Source of the DNA: Saprospiraceae bacterium
Lineage (GTDB): Bacteria; Bacteroidota; Bacteroidia; Chitinophagales; Saprospiraceae
Length of the DNA: 64,000 bases
NCBI GenBank assembly: GCA_024103005.1
Contig: JAGFJA010000071.1
Coordinates: 13,001 to 77,000 of the forward strand
Direction of reading: 5' to 3'
Every line of letters begins with the position of its first letter. Within the stretch, counting starts at the first letter, position 1. The position numbers were made by a program, and so were the translations under genes. The notes beneath the pieces are model-generated. The model saw only the letters and a list, made by a program, of their open reading frames with translations. It searched no databases and had not been told where the DNA came from. Below are positions 50,561 through 59,714 of this stretch, piece after piece.

Positions 50561-50591
50561 TTTGCATTTTTTATTTTTAGTTTTATATTTG
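50561..50591 (+). promoter_or_regulatory. Consensus Bacteroidota promoter driving a short non-coding transcript
   Basis: TTTG (50561-50564) is followed by a 19-nt spacer and then TAtaTTTG (50584-50591). Confidence 0.6.
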
Positions 50592-50618
50592 CATCGTTCT
50601 TTCATCCGAAAAGAAGAA

Positions 50619-50645
50619 TTTTTATTGTAAGGTGTTTTTATATTA
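50619..50645 (+). repeat. Copy 2 of the perfect 27-nt module
   Basis: It is identical to 50275-50301. Confidence 0.85.
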
Positions 50646-50647
50646 AG

Positions 50648-50682
50648 GGTCGGTATCTCTCAGGTGCCGACCTGGTTTTTTT
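50648..50682 (+). terminator. Rho-independent terminator
   Basis: The stem ggtcggta (50648-50655) pairs with tgccgacc (50665-50672), and tggttttttt follows. Confidence 0.7.
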
Positions 50683-50871
50683 ATACCATAGTTTTCTCGT
50701 TATATCTTTTCCACGATTCAATTGGGTTGGTAATCAATATAATGTTTAACCGTCGATTAATCGATAATTATTAAATTTTGATGCAAATCTTCAAACCAAA
50801 GACTTGTTGCTTTCAAAAATATTTGCCTTAGTTCAAACTACTTTTTATATTTACATTTCAAATCTATCCGT

Positions 50872-51861
50872 ATGACAAAGTCAAAATCATCCACCTCGTC
50901 AAAATCGTCCATTCCCCGCATTACACATGATGCCTTCATGAAGAAAATTCTCTCTGACAGAGATGCTGCCAGGAGCTTTCTGATCGGATTTCTTCCCGAT
51001 TCCATAGCTTTTCTTCTGGACATTGATAACTTTTCGTATCAGGAGCCTGTCTTTCACAATGAAAAGATGCAGGCCCGCCTGGCTGATATGGTCTTTGACG
51101 TACCTATCAAAGGCAGTAGGGATGCAGTTCAGGTATCGGTTTTATTTGAGTTGAAATCACACAAAGACCCTTATACCTGGCTTCAGATACTTGAATATCT
51201 TGCTGCTGCCTACCGTAAACAATTAAGACAAAGAGGAAAAAAACAAAGAAGACTCAAATTAATTATCCCTGTAATCTATTACCACGGAAAAGAAAAGTGG
51301 ATACAGGATAAGAATGCTTCCTTTTTTAAAGACTTTCCCGAACATTTGCATTCCTTCATACCGGAGTTTGACCGCATCTTTATCGACTTAAAAGCCTTGA
51401 GTGAGAAAGAAATCAGAAGTATCAACAATTCCCTGATGAAGGCGGCTCTCCGCATACATTTATTAAGACTGGTAAAGAAGATAGATGGAGGAGCGTTCCG
51501 ACGTGTATTTGAGGAGTTGCATGTGGATCTCCATGGGAACTATCTGGGATCAATAATTGTTTATTCACTACAAAATTTGGACATATCAACTGAAGAAATG
51601 AATACCTTTATTGATGAATTTCCTGAACCAATAAAATCTAAAACAATGTCTATCGCTGAACAACTATATCGCAAAGGAGTAAAAGAAGGAATTGAGCAAG
51701 GAATTGAGCAAGGAATTGAACAGGGAGTTCAAAAAGGAGCCGAGAAAACAAAGGAGGAAATTGTTATTAAATCTTATGAAAACGGAGTTTCAATATCTCT
51801 AATTTCTAATATTACGGGACTTCCTGAAAACAGGATAAAAGAAATCCTTAAAATTGAATAA
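50872..51861 (+). CDS. Rpn-family recombination-promoting nuclease / putative transposase (YhgA-like, PD-(D/E)xK)
   Basis: The N-terminus ITHDAFMKKILSDRDAARSFL...ADMVFDV...VSVLFELKSH fits the family. The family-typical C-terminal GIEQGIEQGIEQG repeat is present. Confidence 0.75.
   Translation: MTKSKSSTSSKSSIPRITHDAFMKKILSDRDAARSFLIGFLPDSIAFLLDIDNFSYQEPVFHNEKMQARLADMVFDVPIKGSRDAVQVSVLFELKSHKDPYTWLQILEYLAAAYRKQLRQRGKKQRRLKLIIPVIYYHGKEKWIQDKNASFFKDFPEHLHSFIPEFDRIFIDLKALSEKEIRSINNSLMKAALRIHLLRLVKKIDGGAFRRVFEELHVDLHGNYLGSIIVYSLQNLDISTEEMNTFIDEFPEPIKSKTMSIAEQLYRKGVKEGIEQGIEQGIEQGVQKGAEKTKEEIVIKSYENGVSISLISNITGLPENRIKEILKIE
51688..51723 (+). repeat. Tandem 12-nt repeat, three copies, inside rpn
   Basis: The sequence ggaattgagcaa ggaattgagcaa ggaattgaacag encodes (GIEQ)x3. 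Confidence 0.85.
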
Positions 51862-52239
51862 TTCGTTTTTATACAACTTCTTTGACATTCGTTATCCACT
51901 CTATACTTATTTTTTTCGTTCGAATATTTTAGATTTAACACCAAATTATCTGATAGCCAATTATTTATTGGGATCTAATAGGTTGATTGTATGATGTTTT
52001 TTCTTCAAAAGGGAGATTTCCGGTTTCTTTAAAATTCGGATAAATAGCTTATACAAATATTGAATCTGATACAATACTATTACTCATCTACCAAATTGAT
52101 TTTACCGGCATTGCCACTTATCCAATATTTGATTTCCACGTGTAGCGTTGTTATAAATATAGAATGGCGAACATATTTGCTTCAAGAGGTTTTACAATGC
52201 AGTATTTAAAGCTTGCGATTCATGAAAACATTCCCATTG

Positions 52240-52893
52240 CTATAAAAGAAAATTAATTGCATTAGTTTTTTGAGCAATTAATTTTTCAATATCGTTGTCT
52301 GTCAGATTCTAAAGGTTTTTTGTGATTTTTTCTATATCCCAATCCCACCACTTCAGTTTTAATAGTTTTGAAATCGTCTCTTCAGAAAATCGTTTTTTAA
52401 TTTCAAATGCAGGATTTCCTCCCACAATGGAATAAGGTTTAACATCTTTTATTACAGTTGAATTTGTCGCAATTATAGCTCCATCTCCAATAGTGACTCC
52501 TGCCAATATTGTTGCGTTATAACCAATCCAAACATCATTCCCGATAACAATATCTCCTTTTTGGGGATAAGATTTATCTTGCATTGCATACTCCTACCCA
52601 TTTCCAAAAATTGCAAAAGGATATGTTGTCAGCGCATCTGTCAAATGATTCGCCCCATTCATTATAAATTTAACTCCTGACGCAATCATACAAAACTTTC
52701 CTTTGACCAATCTGTCACCTATAAAATCAAAATGGTACTTTACATTCCTCCCAAAATTCTCAACATCTTCAAAATCGTCATAATAGGTGTAGTCGCCTAC
52801 TATAATATTCGGATTTTTTACAACATTCTTTAAAAAGCAAAGTCTGTCATAATGCTCAAGTGGAAACTTTTTGTTCTTATCGGGTCCTGTCAT
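52240..52893 (-). pseudogene. vat: Vat-family (xenobiotic, hexapeptide-repeat) streptogramin A O-acetyltransferase interrupted by two in-frame TAG codons
   Basis: The ORFs at 52594-52893 and 52309-52584 are in the same frame. The junction reads [25 protein letters not shown], where homologs have GNGW. After ...[13 protein letters not shown] comes a second TAG (52309-52311), and the frame then continues NLTDNDIEKLIAQKTNAINFLL to the stop at 52240-52242. Confidence 0.75.
52241..52287 (-). terminator. Hairpin with a short U-tract at the 3' end of the vat reading frame
   Basis: The arm gaaaattaattgc (52248-52260) pairs with gcaattaattttc-like sequence (52274-52287). On the minus strand cttttata follows. 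Confidence 0.45.
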
Positions 52894-52980
52894 AATTTTT
52901 TAATCTGTAATAATTGATTTGGATTGTTCTCATACGATCAAGGCTGAAATTCTCCAATCCACGCCAATCGCCCACATCCC

Positions 52981-54903
52981 TCACTCTATCTGAAACTCAA
53001 TCCGCCTGTTTTTACTTCGCCCTGCCTCCGTTTTGTTTTCCGCACAAGGTCTTGACTCGCCATAACCTTTGACCGCTATCAATTCCGGTGGCAGGCCCAA
53101 CTGTACCAATCGTCGCTTCACCGCCCCGGCTCTCCGCTCGGATAGGTTCATATTGTCCATCTCCGACCCGACATCATCGGTATGACCATTAATCTGAATC
53201 CTGATGCCCGGATTGGATTGAACCATGCGAACCAAAACTTTCAGCTCCACATCAGAAACACCGGAAAGTGTATCACTTCCGCTGGTAAAATAGATGTTTT
53301 TCAGCACCATCGGCAGATGCTTGCTTTCCTCTATCCTCTTCATTAAATAGGTGCCGATATGTGGATGATCCACATCCCCACTGTCAGGCAACATGATTGA
53401 CTCTGATATAAATATGTATCCCGGCGCATTGATCTGAATTCCATACAACTTTGATTTCGGCAGACAAATCAAGGTAGTGCCGTCGTCAGCAGTCGTTCCC
53501 TTATAGTAAAATTTTTCACCGGATATTTCCGTCACCTGAACTTCACATTGCAGCGGCTTACGACTTATTGAATCCACAACCAATGCTTTAAAATATGATA
53601 CCGGTTGCGGCCTGAGACTCTTATCCAGATCAAACCAATAGATATCCGTATCTTCCATTCCGTTTACCCTCGGCGCTCCCTTTTGTTTCGGAGCGGTAAA
53701 GAATGCTTTATTTCCCAGGGTGTTGACCACCAACGCTCCTTCATTGCCGGTAGTATTGATGGGATAACCCAGATTTTGCGGCATACTCCACCGCCCATCC
53801 TCATCCTTCCTGCTGATATACAAGTCTGTCCCGCCCATCCCGGGCAGACCATCAGACATAAAATAAAGTGTCTGATTATCCGGGTGAATAAAGGGACTGC
53901 CGTCATTCTTCGTAGTGTTGACAGGCGCCATAATATTTCGGGGAACAGACCATTTTCCGGCATCGCTGCGTTCCGAATACCAGATATCCTTAAAGCCATA
54001 ACCCCCCGGACGATCACTCGCAAAGTACAAGGTATTCCCATCTGCGCTGAGGCTTGGCTGGCTCTCCCAACCGGCAGTATTGACCGGATTGCCCATATTC
54101 CGGGGCTCAGTCCATCGACCTTTACGAAGGTAGGATATATAAAGGTCACAACTCCCCATGCCGTCAGGTCGGTTACACCCGGTAAAAACAATTGTCTTGC
54201 CATCGGCACTGATACAATGACCTGCTTCATTAAACTGTTCTGTATTCACGCCTTCCAGAGGCCTACCAACCGACCATTCCTTCCCATCATACTCAGAATA
54301 ATATAAGTCTTCCTGGAGGTCAATCATCCGCGAATAAATCAACAATGAACCATCTGCACTGATAGACGGCAGATATTCAGGCAGGTCAGTATTGATAAGA
54401 TCGGACAATGGCTGCGGATCAAACTCCTTAGGATGTGCCATCGCATCGATGGCAAACTTACAATTGGCCAGTCTTATCTGAGCATCTTGAACTGATCTAG
54501 GATTCTTGAGGTCGGAGGCAAGGTAGCTTTCGTACTCCGGTATTGCTTCCCTGAATTTTTCTTCCTGATAATAAAGCGTCGCCAGCGTAAAATAAACTCT
54601 GGCTGAAGGGTGCGGATTGATTTCCTTTACACGCTTTAAATAATAAATACTCGAATCCGAATTCTTCTGCGAAAAGTAAATTCCTGCCAGTTCCATCATG
54701 GCATCCTGAAAATTGGGCGTTCTCTCAAGAGCCTCACGATACTTGCCTTTTGCGATACCAAATGCTTGTTGCATAGCCATTTTTCTTCCTTCGATGAAGA
54801 TTGCATACGTTTTTTTGTCAACATCCTTCAAAGTCAGGTAGGTCTGTGCAGACAAAGCACTGATTCCCGACACTGCCAATATTATGATTATAATTATCCT
54901 CAC
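52981..54903 (-). CDS. OmpA-family protein with TPR and TolB-like beta-propeller repeats
   Basis: A GTG start gives a signal peptide (RIIIIIILAVSGISALSAQ). TPR-like helices are followed by repeated SxDG...L(Y)F(T/A)S propeller units. The C-terminal OmpA domain has GHTDDVGS..NM.LSERRA and NRRIEFQI. Confidence 0.8.
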   Translation of the reverse strand: MRIIIIIILAVSGISALSAQTYLTLKDVDKKTYAIFIEGRKMAMQQAFGIAKGKYREALERTPNFQDAMMELAGIYFSQKNSDSSIYYLKRVKEINPHPSARVYFTLATLYYQEEKFREAIPEYESYLASDLKNPRSVQDAQIRLANCKFAIDAMAHPKEFDPQPLSDLINTDLPEYLPSISADGSLLIYSRMIDLQEDLYYSEYDGKEWSVGRPLEGVNTEQFNEAGHCISADGKTIVFTGCNRPDGMGSCDLYISYLRKGRWTEPRNMGNPVNTAGWESQPSLSADGNTLYFASDRPGGYGFKDIWYSERSDAGKWSVPRNIMAPVNTTKNDGSPFIHPDNQTLYFMSDGLPGMGGTDLYISRKDEDGRWSMPQNLGYPINTTGNEGALVVNTLGNKAFFTAPKQKGAPRVNGMEDTDIYWFDLDKSLRPQPVSYFKALVVDSISRKPLQCEVQVTEISGEKFYYKGTTADDGTTLICLPKSKLYGIQINAPGYIFISESIMLPDSGDVDHPHIGTYLMKRIEESKHLPMVLKNIYFTSGSDTLSGVSDVELKVLVRMVQSNPGIRIQINGHTDDVGSEMDNMNLSERRAGAVKRRLVQLGLPPELIAVKGYGESRPCAENKTEAGRSKNRRIEFQIE

Positions 54904-55634
54904 TTCAATCTGATATTTTTAACATATTCGTCTATCTGATGACGCGTCCCTTCTAATCCTATCATAAAGATCCATTCCAGGATGGATGCACTTTTCTGAA
55001 TGATTTTATTTTCGGCAATAACCGACAATTGTAAGATGTCAGGCATCTCCGTAACAATGATTGATTCCTTATTAAAATCGTCCAAGTCGTGATATTTATT
55101 GCCGCCACCGCCACTTAAATACATCTTGCTTTCATAATTTTTCATCAATTGTGCTATCCTCCGTGAACCTGTTCCGCTGACCGGAGTACTGCTACTAAGC
55201 TCGAGCTGACCTTTTATTCCAAGCCTTTCCATCACCTTTTGTACTCCAAACAGATTGTATTTGGCCAGGTTTGTCTCGGGACAATAAATTACCTCCTGCG
55301 CCAGACCCATTCCCTCATCATAGTATGGTGAGAGGTGATAACTATTGGTCAGCTTTTCCAATAAATTTTCCTGCCATCCATCATAAACTTTTATTTCAAT
55401 ATTATTTATAACAGAAAGCCTATCAGAACCGGCAATCGGCAAGGTCAGCCACTGCTGCTGATCAGGCTGTCCGGCCTTTCTGATTTTTGTTCGACGAGTA
55501 TATCCCCGCCATGTCAGTTGTACATCATCAAGAAAAATAAAAGCATCACACAATGCAATCTTCAAAAAATAACCCATCCAGGGAAAAAAATTGGGTTGAT
55601 GGACAGCTGTTTTATATGAATCCTCCTGCAACAA
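54900..55634 (-). CDS. WbqC-family protein
   Basis: The N-terminus HQPNFFPWMGYFLKIALCDAFIFLDDVQ is the WbqC signature. The stop overlaps the downstream GTG as GTGA. Confidence 0.7.
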   Translation of the reverse strand: MLQEDSYKTAVHQPNFFPWMGYFLKIALCDAFIFLDDVQLTWRGYTRRTKIRKAGQPDQQQWLTLPIAGSDRLSVINNIEIKVYDGWQENLLEKLTNSYHLSPYYDEGMGLAQEVIYCPETNLAKYNLFGVQKVMERLGIKGQLELSSSTPVSGTGSRRIAQLMKNYESKMYLSGGGGNKYHDLDDFNKESIIVTEMPDILQLSVIAENKIIQKSASILEWIFMIGLEGTRHQIDEYVKNIRLK

Positions 55635-55980
55635 GTCAATTTTTATTCAAAGCTAAGGAATTTTATACAATATAATTTTCTCTTCATCATGCAGTCTCCT
55701 TTGATTTGAATGTTAAACGAACAAATGTTCGTACCGAAATCCACGTTTTTAAACCATTCAGTCCAACTCCGTTTTCCATATAATCCCTCATCGCAAATTT
55801 TTACTCAAATGAAAGCTAAAACAATACATATTAAACACACTTTACACATATTAAATTTGGGGTTTATTTTTTGTTGTACGTTTTCAATCTATATATTTAA
55901 AGTACTGACTATCTTTATATTTTAAAATTATTTTTTTCTAAAATATCCTTTTTGTAGATATTTTGTTTTGTGAATAAGCG

Positions 55981-55988
55981 TATCTTTG
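55981..55988 (+). promoter_or_regulatory. Box of -7 type upstream of metG
   Basis: TAtcTTTG lies 33 nt upstream of the ATG at 56021. No well-spaced -33 TTTG is present. Confidence 0.4.
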
Positions 55989-56020
55989 CAACCGGAAAAA
56001 AATTTAGAGCAAAATTATAT

Positions 56021-58186
56021 ATGGCTATACGCTTACCCAAGAGATATCTCGTTACATCTGCATTACCTTACGCCAACGGTCCCCTTCATATCGGTCACTT
56101 AGCAGGGGCATATCTGAGTGCCGACGTCTTCGTCCGCTTTTTACGTTTGATGAAAAAAGATGTGTTATTTGTCTGCGGAAGTGACGAAAACGGTGCTGCC
56201 ATCACGATGAGAGCGCAAAAAGAAGGTATCACACCTCAGGAAATTGTGGATAAATATCATTCACTGTTCGAAGATACTTTCAAAAGAATAGGTATTTCTT
56301 TCGACATCTATCACCGTACCTCCTCACCCCTGCATCACGAAACATCACAGGATTTTTTCAGGACTTTGGAAAAAAAGGGTCAGTTTGTCATGAAAGAATC
56401 TATGCAGTTCTATGACGAAAAAGCACAACAATTTCTCGCCGATCGTTACATCAAGGGCACCTGCCCAAAGTGTGGCTATGAAAGTGCATACGGTGACCAA
56501 TGTGAAAACTGCGGGTCTACCCTTAATCCCACCGACCTCATCAATCCCAAGTCAACCCTAACCAATGAAACGCCTGTCTTAAAATCGACTACTCACTGGT
56601 ACCTGCCACTTGAAAATCACAGTGAATGGCTGAGTGAATGGCTTGAAAATGGTGTCTTCAATGGTAAAAAGGTACATGATCCGGCAGAATGGAAAAATCA
56701 CGTCCTCGGCCAGTGCAAATCGTGGATAGAAGGCGGTTTGCAGCCAAGAGCCATGACCCGTGACCTTGACTGGGGCGTGGACGTACCTCAGGAATTGCCA
56801 GGCTCAGCAGGAAAAAAACTGTATGTGTGGTTGGATGCGCCCATAGGCTATATCTCTGCTACAAAACAACTGGCAGAAGACCGAAAAACAGACTGGAAAA
56901 AATACTGGCAGGACAAAGACAGTGCCCTGATCCACTTTATCGGCAAGGACAATATCGTCTTCCATTCAATTATCTTCCCAGCTCTGCTCAAGGCACATGG
57001 CGACTATATCCTGCCGGACAATGTCCCTGCCAATGCCTTTATGAACCTCGAAGGTCAAAAAATAAGTACTTCCCGCAACTGGGCTATCTGGGTACATGAA
57101 TACCTTGATGACCTGCCCGGCAAAGAAGACGAATTGCGTTATGTCATGATAAAAAACATGCCGGAGCAGCGCGACAGTGAATTTACTTGGAATAATTACC
57201 AGGATCTGGTGGACAACGAACTGGTAGGCAACCTTGCCAACTTTGTCAATCGCGTCCTTGTCCTGTCACACAAATTCTACAAGGGTAAAGTACCTAAATT
57301 TGAGGAAGAACAGGACTTTATCGGCTCTCATGGACCACTGGAAGACAGCTTTGTGGAAGCTGAACTGATGGATGTCTTCGATATGCTCTTCGAAATGCGG
57401 GAAAAACTTTACCTCTACGATTTCAGAGGCGCCCTCCAGCAACTGATGAATATCTCTACCATGGGTAATCAAATCCTCCAATTCAATGAGCCATGGAAAA
57501 TAGTCGAGGATGATCCACACAAGGTCAAGGCGATTATGAATTGTTGTATCCAGATAGTAGCCGCCCTAAGTGTTGCTGTCAGACCATTTATGCCATTTAC
57601 CAGTGACAAAATGAGGGATATGCTCAACCTTCCGCCTATCGAAGAGAAAGGAGAACTATTGAAAGTACTGGATCGTCTTGCAGAGGGGGAATTTCTCATC
57701 AAGCCCGGACACCAACTCAATCAGCCGGAACATTTATTTACCAGAATCAGTGATGAGGTCATCCAAAAACAAATGGACAAATTAAAATCCAATCATCTGG
57801 AGACTGCATCAGCAGGTACACCGGATACACCAAAGAAATCAGACAACAATCATACCGCCGACACCATACAGTTTGATGATTTTGCCAAGGTTTCCATTGT
57901 TACAGGTAAAATTACCGACGCCATTAAAGTCGAAAAAGCGGACAAATTGCTCCGCCTTACAGTGGACATCGGCAGTGAAAAGAGAACCATTGTTTCGGGA
58001 ATAGCTCTGCACTTTAAACCTGAAGACCTGATAGGAAAAGATGTGATGGTCGTCGCCAACCTCGCGCCCCGCAAATTGAAGGGGATAGAATCCAACGGAA
58101 TGTTGCTCACTGCAGAGGATGGAGAAGGACGACTTGGTCTGGTATCGCCACCTGTCGGATGGCCTGTGGGCAGCCATGTAGGTTGA
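56021..58186 (+). CDS. metG: Methionine--tRNA ligase with a C-terminal tRNA-binding (EMAP/Trbp111-like) domain
   Basis: The start is moved to the ATG at 56021. The HIGH motif is PYANGPLHIGH. The Zn knuckle is CPKCG...CENCG, and the KMSKS-like motif is KISTSR. The C-terminal domain includes VEKADKLLRLTVDIG. Confidence 0.92.
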   Translation: MAIRLPKRYLVTSALPYANGPLHIGHLAGAYLSADVFVRFLRLMKKDVLFVCGSDENGAAITMRAQKEGITPQEIVDKYHSLFEDTFKRIGISFDIYHRTSSPLHHETSQDFFRTLEKKGQFVMKESMQFYDEKAQQFLADRYIKGTCPKCGYESAYGDQCENCGSTLNPTDLINPKSTLTNETPVLKSTTHWYLPLENHSEWLSEWLENGVFNGKKVHDPAEWKNHVLGQCKSWIEGGLQPRAMTRDLDWGVDVPQELPGSAGKKLYVWLDAPIGYISATKQLAEDRKTDWKKYWQDKDSALIHFIGKDNIVFHSIIFPALLKAHGDYILPDNVPANAFMNLEGQKISTSRNWAIWVHEYLDDLPGKEDELRYVMIKNMPEQRDSEFTWNNYQDLVDNELVGNLANFVNRVLVLSHKFYKGKVPKFEEEQDFIGSHGPLEDSFVEAELMDVFDMLFEMREKLYLYDFRGALQQLMNISTMGNQILQFNEPWKIVEDDPHKVKAIMNCCIQIVAALSVAVRPFMPFTSDKMRDMLNLPPIEEKGELLKVLDRLAEGEFLIKPGHQLNQPEHLFTRISDEVIQKQMDKLKSNHLETASAGTPDTPKKSDNNHTADTIQFDDFAKVSIVTGKITDAIKVEKADKLLRLTVDIGSEKRTIVSGIALHFKPEDLIGKDVMVVANLAPRKLKGIESNGMLLTAEDGEGRLGLVSPPVGWPVGSHVG

Positions 58187-58224
58187 TTTTCCCGATGTTG
58201 TTAATCAATAAAAATTTGTAGCAG

Positions 58225-59175
58225 ATGCAGGTCAGGGTAACCAGTGACACGGGTACAACAGCCATACACATTGAATCGGAAAGGTTTCAATATGTCATCT
58301 GGCCTGACCTGGGAGGCATCATCAATCAATGGACTACAATGCTGGATGGCCAATGGTTTGACCTCATACATGCTTTTAATTCGGCAGATGATTTTAGAGA
58401 AAATCTGACCTCCAAAGGATTCCCCTCTTGCAAGCTCAGCCCTTATGTCTGCCGGATCCGAAACAGTCGGTATCAATTCGAAGGGAAGGAGTTTAAGATC
58501 GGAAAATTCGGATATGATCAGCACCACATTCATGGATTGGTATATGATTTGCCCTTTTCTGTGGAAGAAATCCGCCAAGAGGATTCAGTGGTCAAAGTCG
58601 TCTTATCCTGTGAATATCAAGCTTCTGACGAAGGCTTTCCATTTACTTATCGCCTCATCGTCACTTATACATTCGAGGAAAATGGTACATTAACTATGCA
58701 TACAGCCGTATGGAATACCGGTGCGGAATCCATGCCCCTTGTGGATGGCTGGCATCCTTACTTCAAGCTACCCGGAGATTTAAGCCGGTGGATACTAAAA
58801 ACAGATGCAAGAGAATGTCTGGTACTGGATAGCGATTTAATACCTACCGGTACTACATCACCTTTTGACACCTTTTATCACGGCAGTGCCATCGAAACAA
58901 CAAAACTGGATCATTGCCTGCCATTAATCGGAAGCAATAAGGTGGCCTGCTCTCTAATTCATACTTTAAGCGGAATTCAGTTGCATGCCAAAAGCATCAA
59001 AAACTATCCCTATCTCCAGATATTTATCCCACCTGAGCGTGACAGAATAGCCATCGAGTTTTTAAGTGGTGCACCTGATGCCTTCAATAATTTACTCGGA
59101 CTACAAATCATATACCCGGGAGAAAAAATGGAATTCTTATGCAGCTATGAAATACATCATCCGAATCAAAAATAA
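58225..59175 (+). CDS. Aldose 1-epimerase (galactose mutarotase-like) family protein
   Basis: The motifs HIHGLVYDLPF and VDGWHPYF are present, and the 316-aa product fits the size of the beta-sandwich family. Confidence 0.75.
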   Translation: MQVRVTSDTGTTAIHIESERFQYVIWPDLGGIINQWTTMLDGQWFDLIHAFNSADDFRENLTSKGFPSCKLSPYVCRIRNSRYQFEGKEFKIGKFGYDQHHIHGLVYDLPFSVEEIRQEDSVVKVVLSCEYQASDEGFPFTYRLIVTYTFEENGTLTMHTAVWNTGAESMPLVDGWHPYFKLPGDLSRWILKTDARECLVLDSDLIPTGTTSPFDTFYHGSAIETTKLDHCLPLIGSNKVACSLIHTLSGIQLHAKSIKNYPYLQIFIPPERDRIAIEFLSGAPDAFNNLLGLQIIYPGEKMEFLCSYEIHHPNQK

Positions 59176-59222
59176 TTACGAATTACGAATTATGAATTAT
59201 GAATTATGAATTATAAATTGCT
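59174..59222 (+). repeat. Tandem heptamer repeat (AATTAYG), about 7 units, starting inside the epimerase stop codon
   Basis: The units read aattacg aattacg aattatg aattatg aattatg aattata aattgct. Confidence 0.85.
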
Positions 59223-59229
59223 CGAATGG

Positions 59230-59306
59230 AAAAGCTCCGTTAGGAGCGACCATTTGGTAGAATGTTAATATATTTATGCATAAAAGTCCTGTAGGGACGA
59301 CCATTT
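59230..59306 (+). repeat. Two related small hairpin repeat units
   Basis: The units aaaagctccgttaggagcgaccattt (59230-59255) and aaaagtcctgtagggacgaccattt (59282-59306) each contain a short stem-loop. Confidence 0.55.
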
Positions 59307-59714
59307 TTTTTATTAAATGATGTTTGAATAAAGGCAATTCAAAAAAATATCAAATACTATCCCTTAGGATATGTAACTTAAAAAGTTAAGTTTAGATTTT
59401 TAATCTGAGTTTTTGTCAAAAATAAACCTAAATAAATTAGCTTATTGCAATAATTTGTATTTTCATTCTGACATTTTAAATCTTGCCACTACCTTAAGTT
59501 TTAAATGCTTATGAACTAAAATCTGTTTTCCTTACAGGGCATTACAAAGCTGATTAGACAAGTATGCACCATATTCCTTTGCTGATTATTTCAAACGGAA
59601 ATTTCAAGAAAGGATGGAATTGATCAAGGGCTTTATCCATTCCCCTTTTCATACTATTCCTTTAATACAAAACTTTAAATCGAAGAAAATTCAGATATAA
59701 ACGAGTAAGATATC

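Larger units (their letters stand above)
50598..50682 (+). ncRNA. Candidate small RNA of about 85 nt, with the promoter upstream and an intrinsic terminator at the 3' end
   Basis: The span runs from the predicted TSS, a few nt after the -7 box, to the U-tract. It contains copy 2 of the 27-nt module. No in-frame ATG-initiated ORF is present. Confidence 0.4.

Noticed and set aside
52240-52893. Genome-wide TAG reassignment as an explanation for the two in-frame TAGs in vat
   Set aside because: TAG is used as a normal stop in this window, for nusA at 33089-33091 and for the small secreted protein gene at 25460-25462. Both vat TAGs are also reachable by single G:C-to-A:T transitions. A pseudogene or local suppression is more likely than a recoded genome.
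53605-54306. ORFs of 233 aa (plus strand) and 188 aa (minus strand, other frame) inside the OmpA-family gene
   Set aside because: Both overlap the propeller-repeat region of a well-supported 640-aa gene. The translations are Arg/Pro/Ile-rich with no motifs, so they are shadow ORFs.
55710-55925. ORF of 71 aa in the wbqC-metG intergenic region
   Set aside because: Its composition is AT-rich and low-complexity. The region is better explained as the metG promoter, with TATCTTTG at 55981.
59174-59222. Possible CRISPR-like or minisatellite array
   Set aside because: The units are 7 nt with no spacers, so this is a simple tandem repeat. No repeat-spacer architecture or cas genes occur anywhere in the window.
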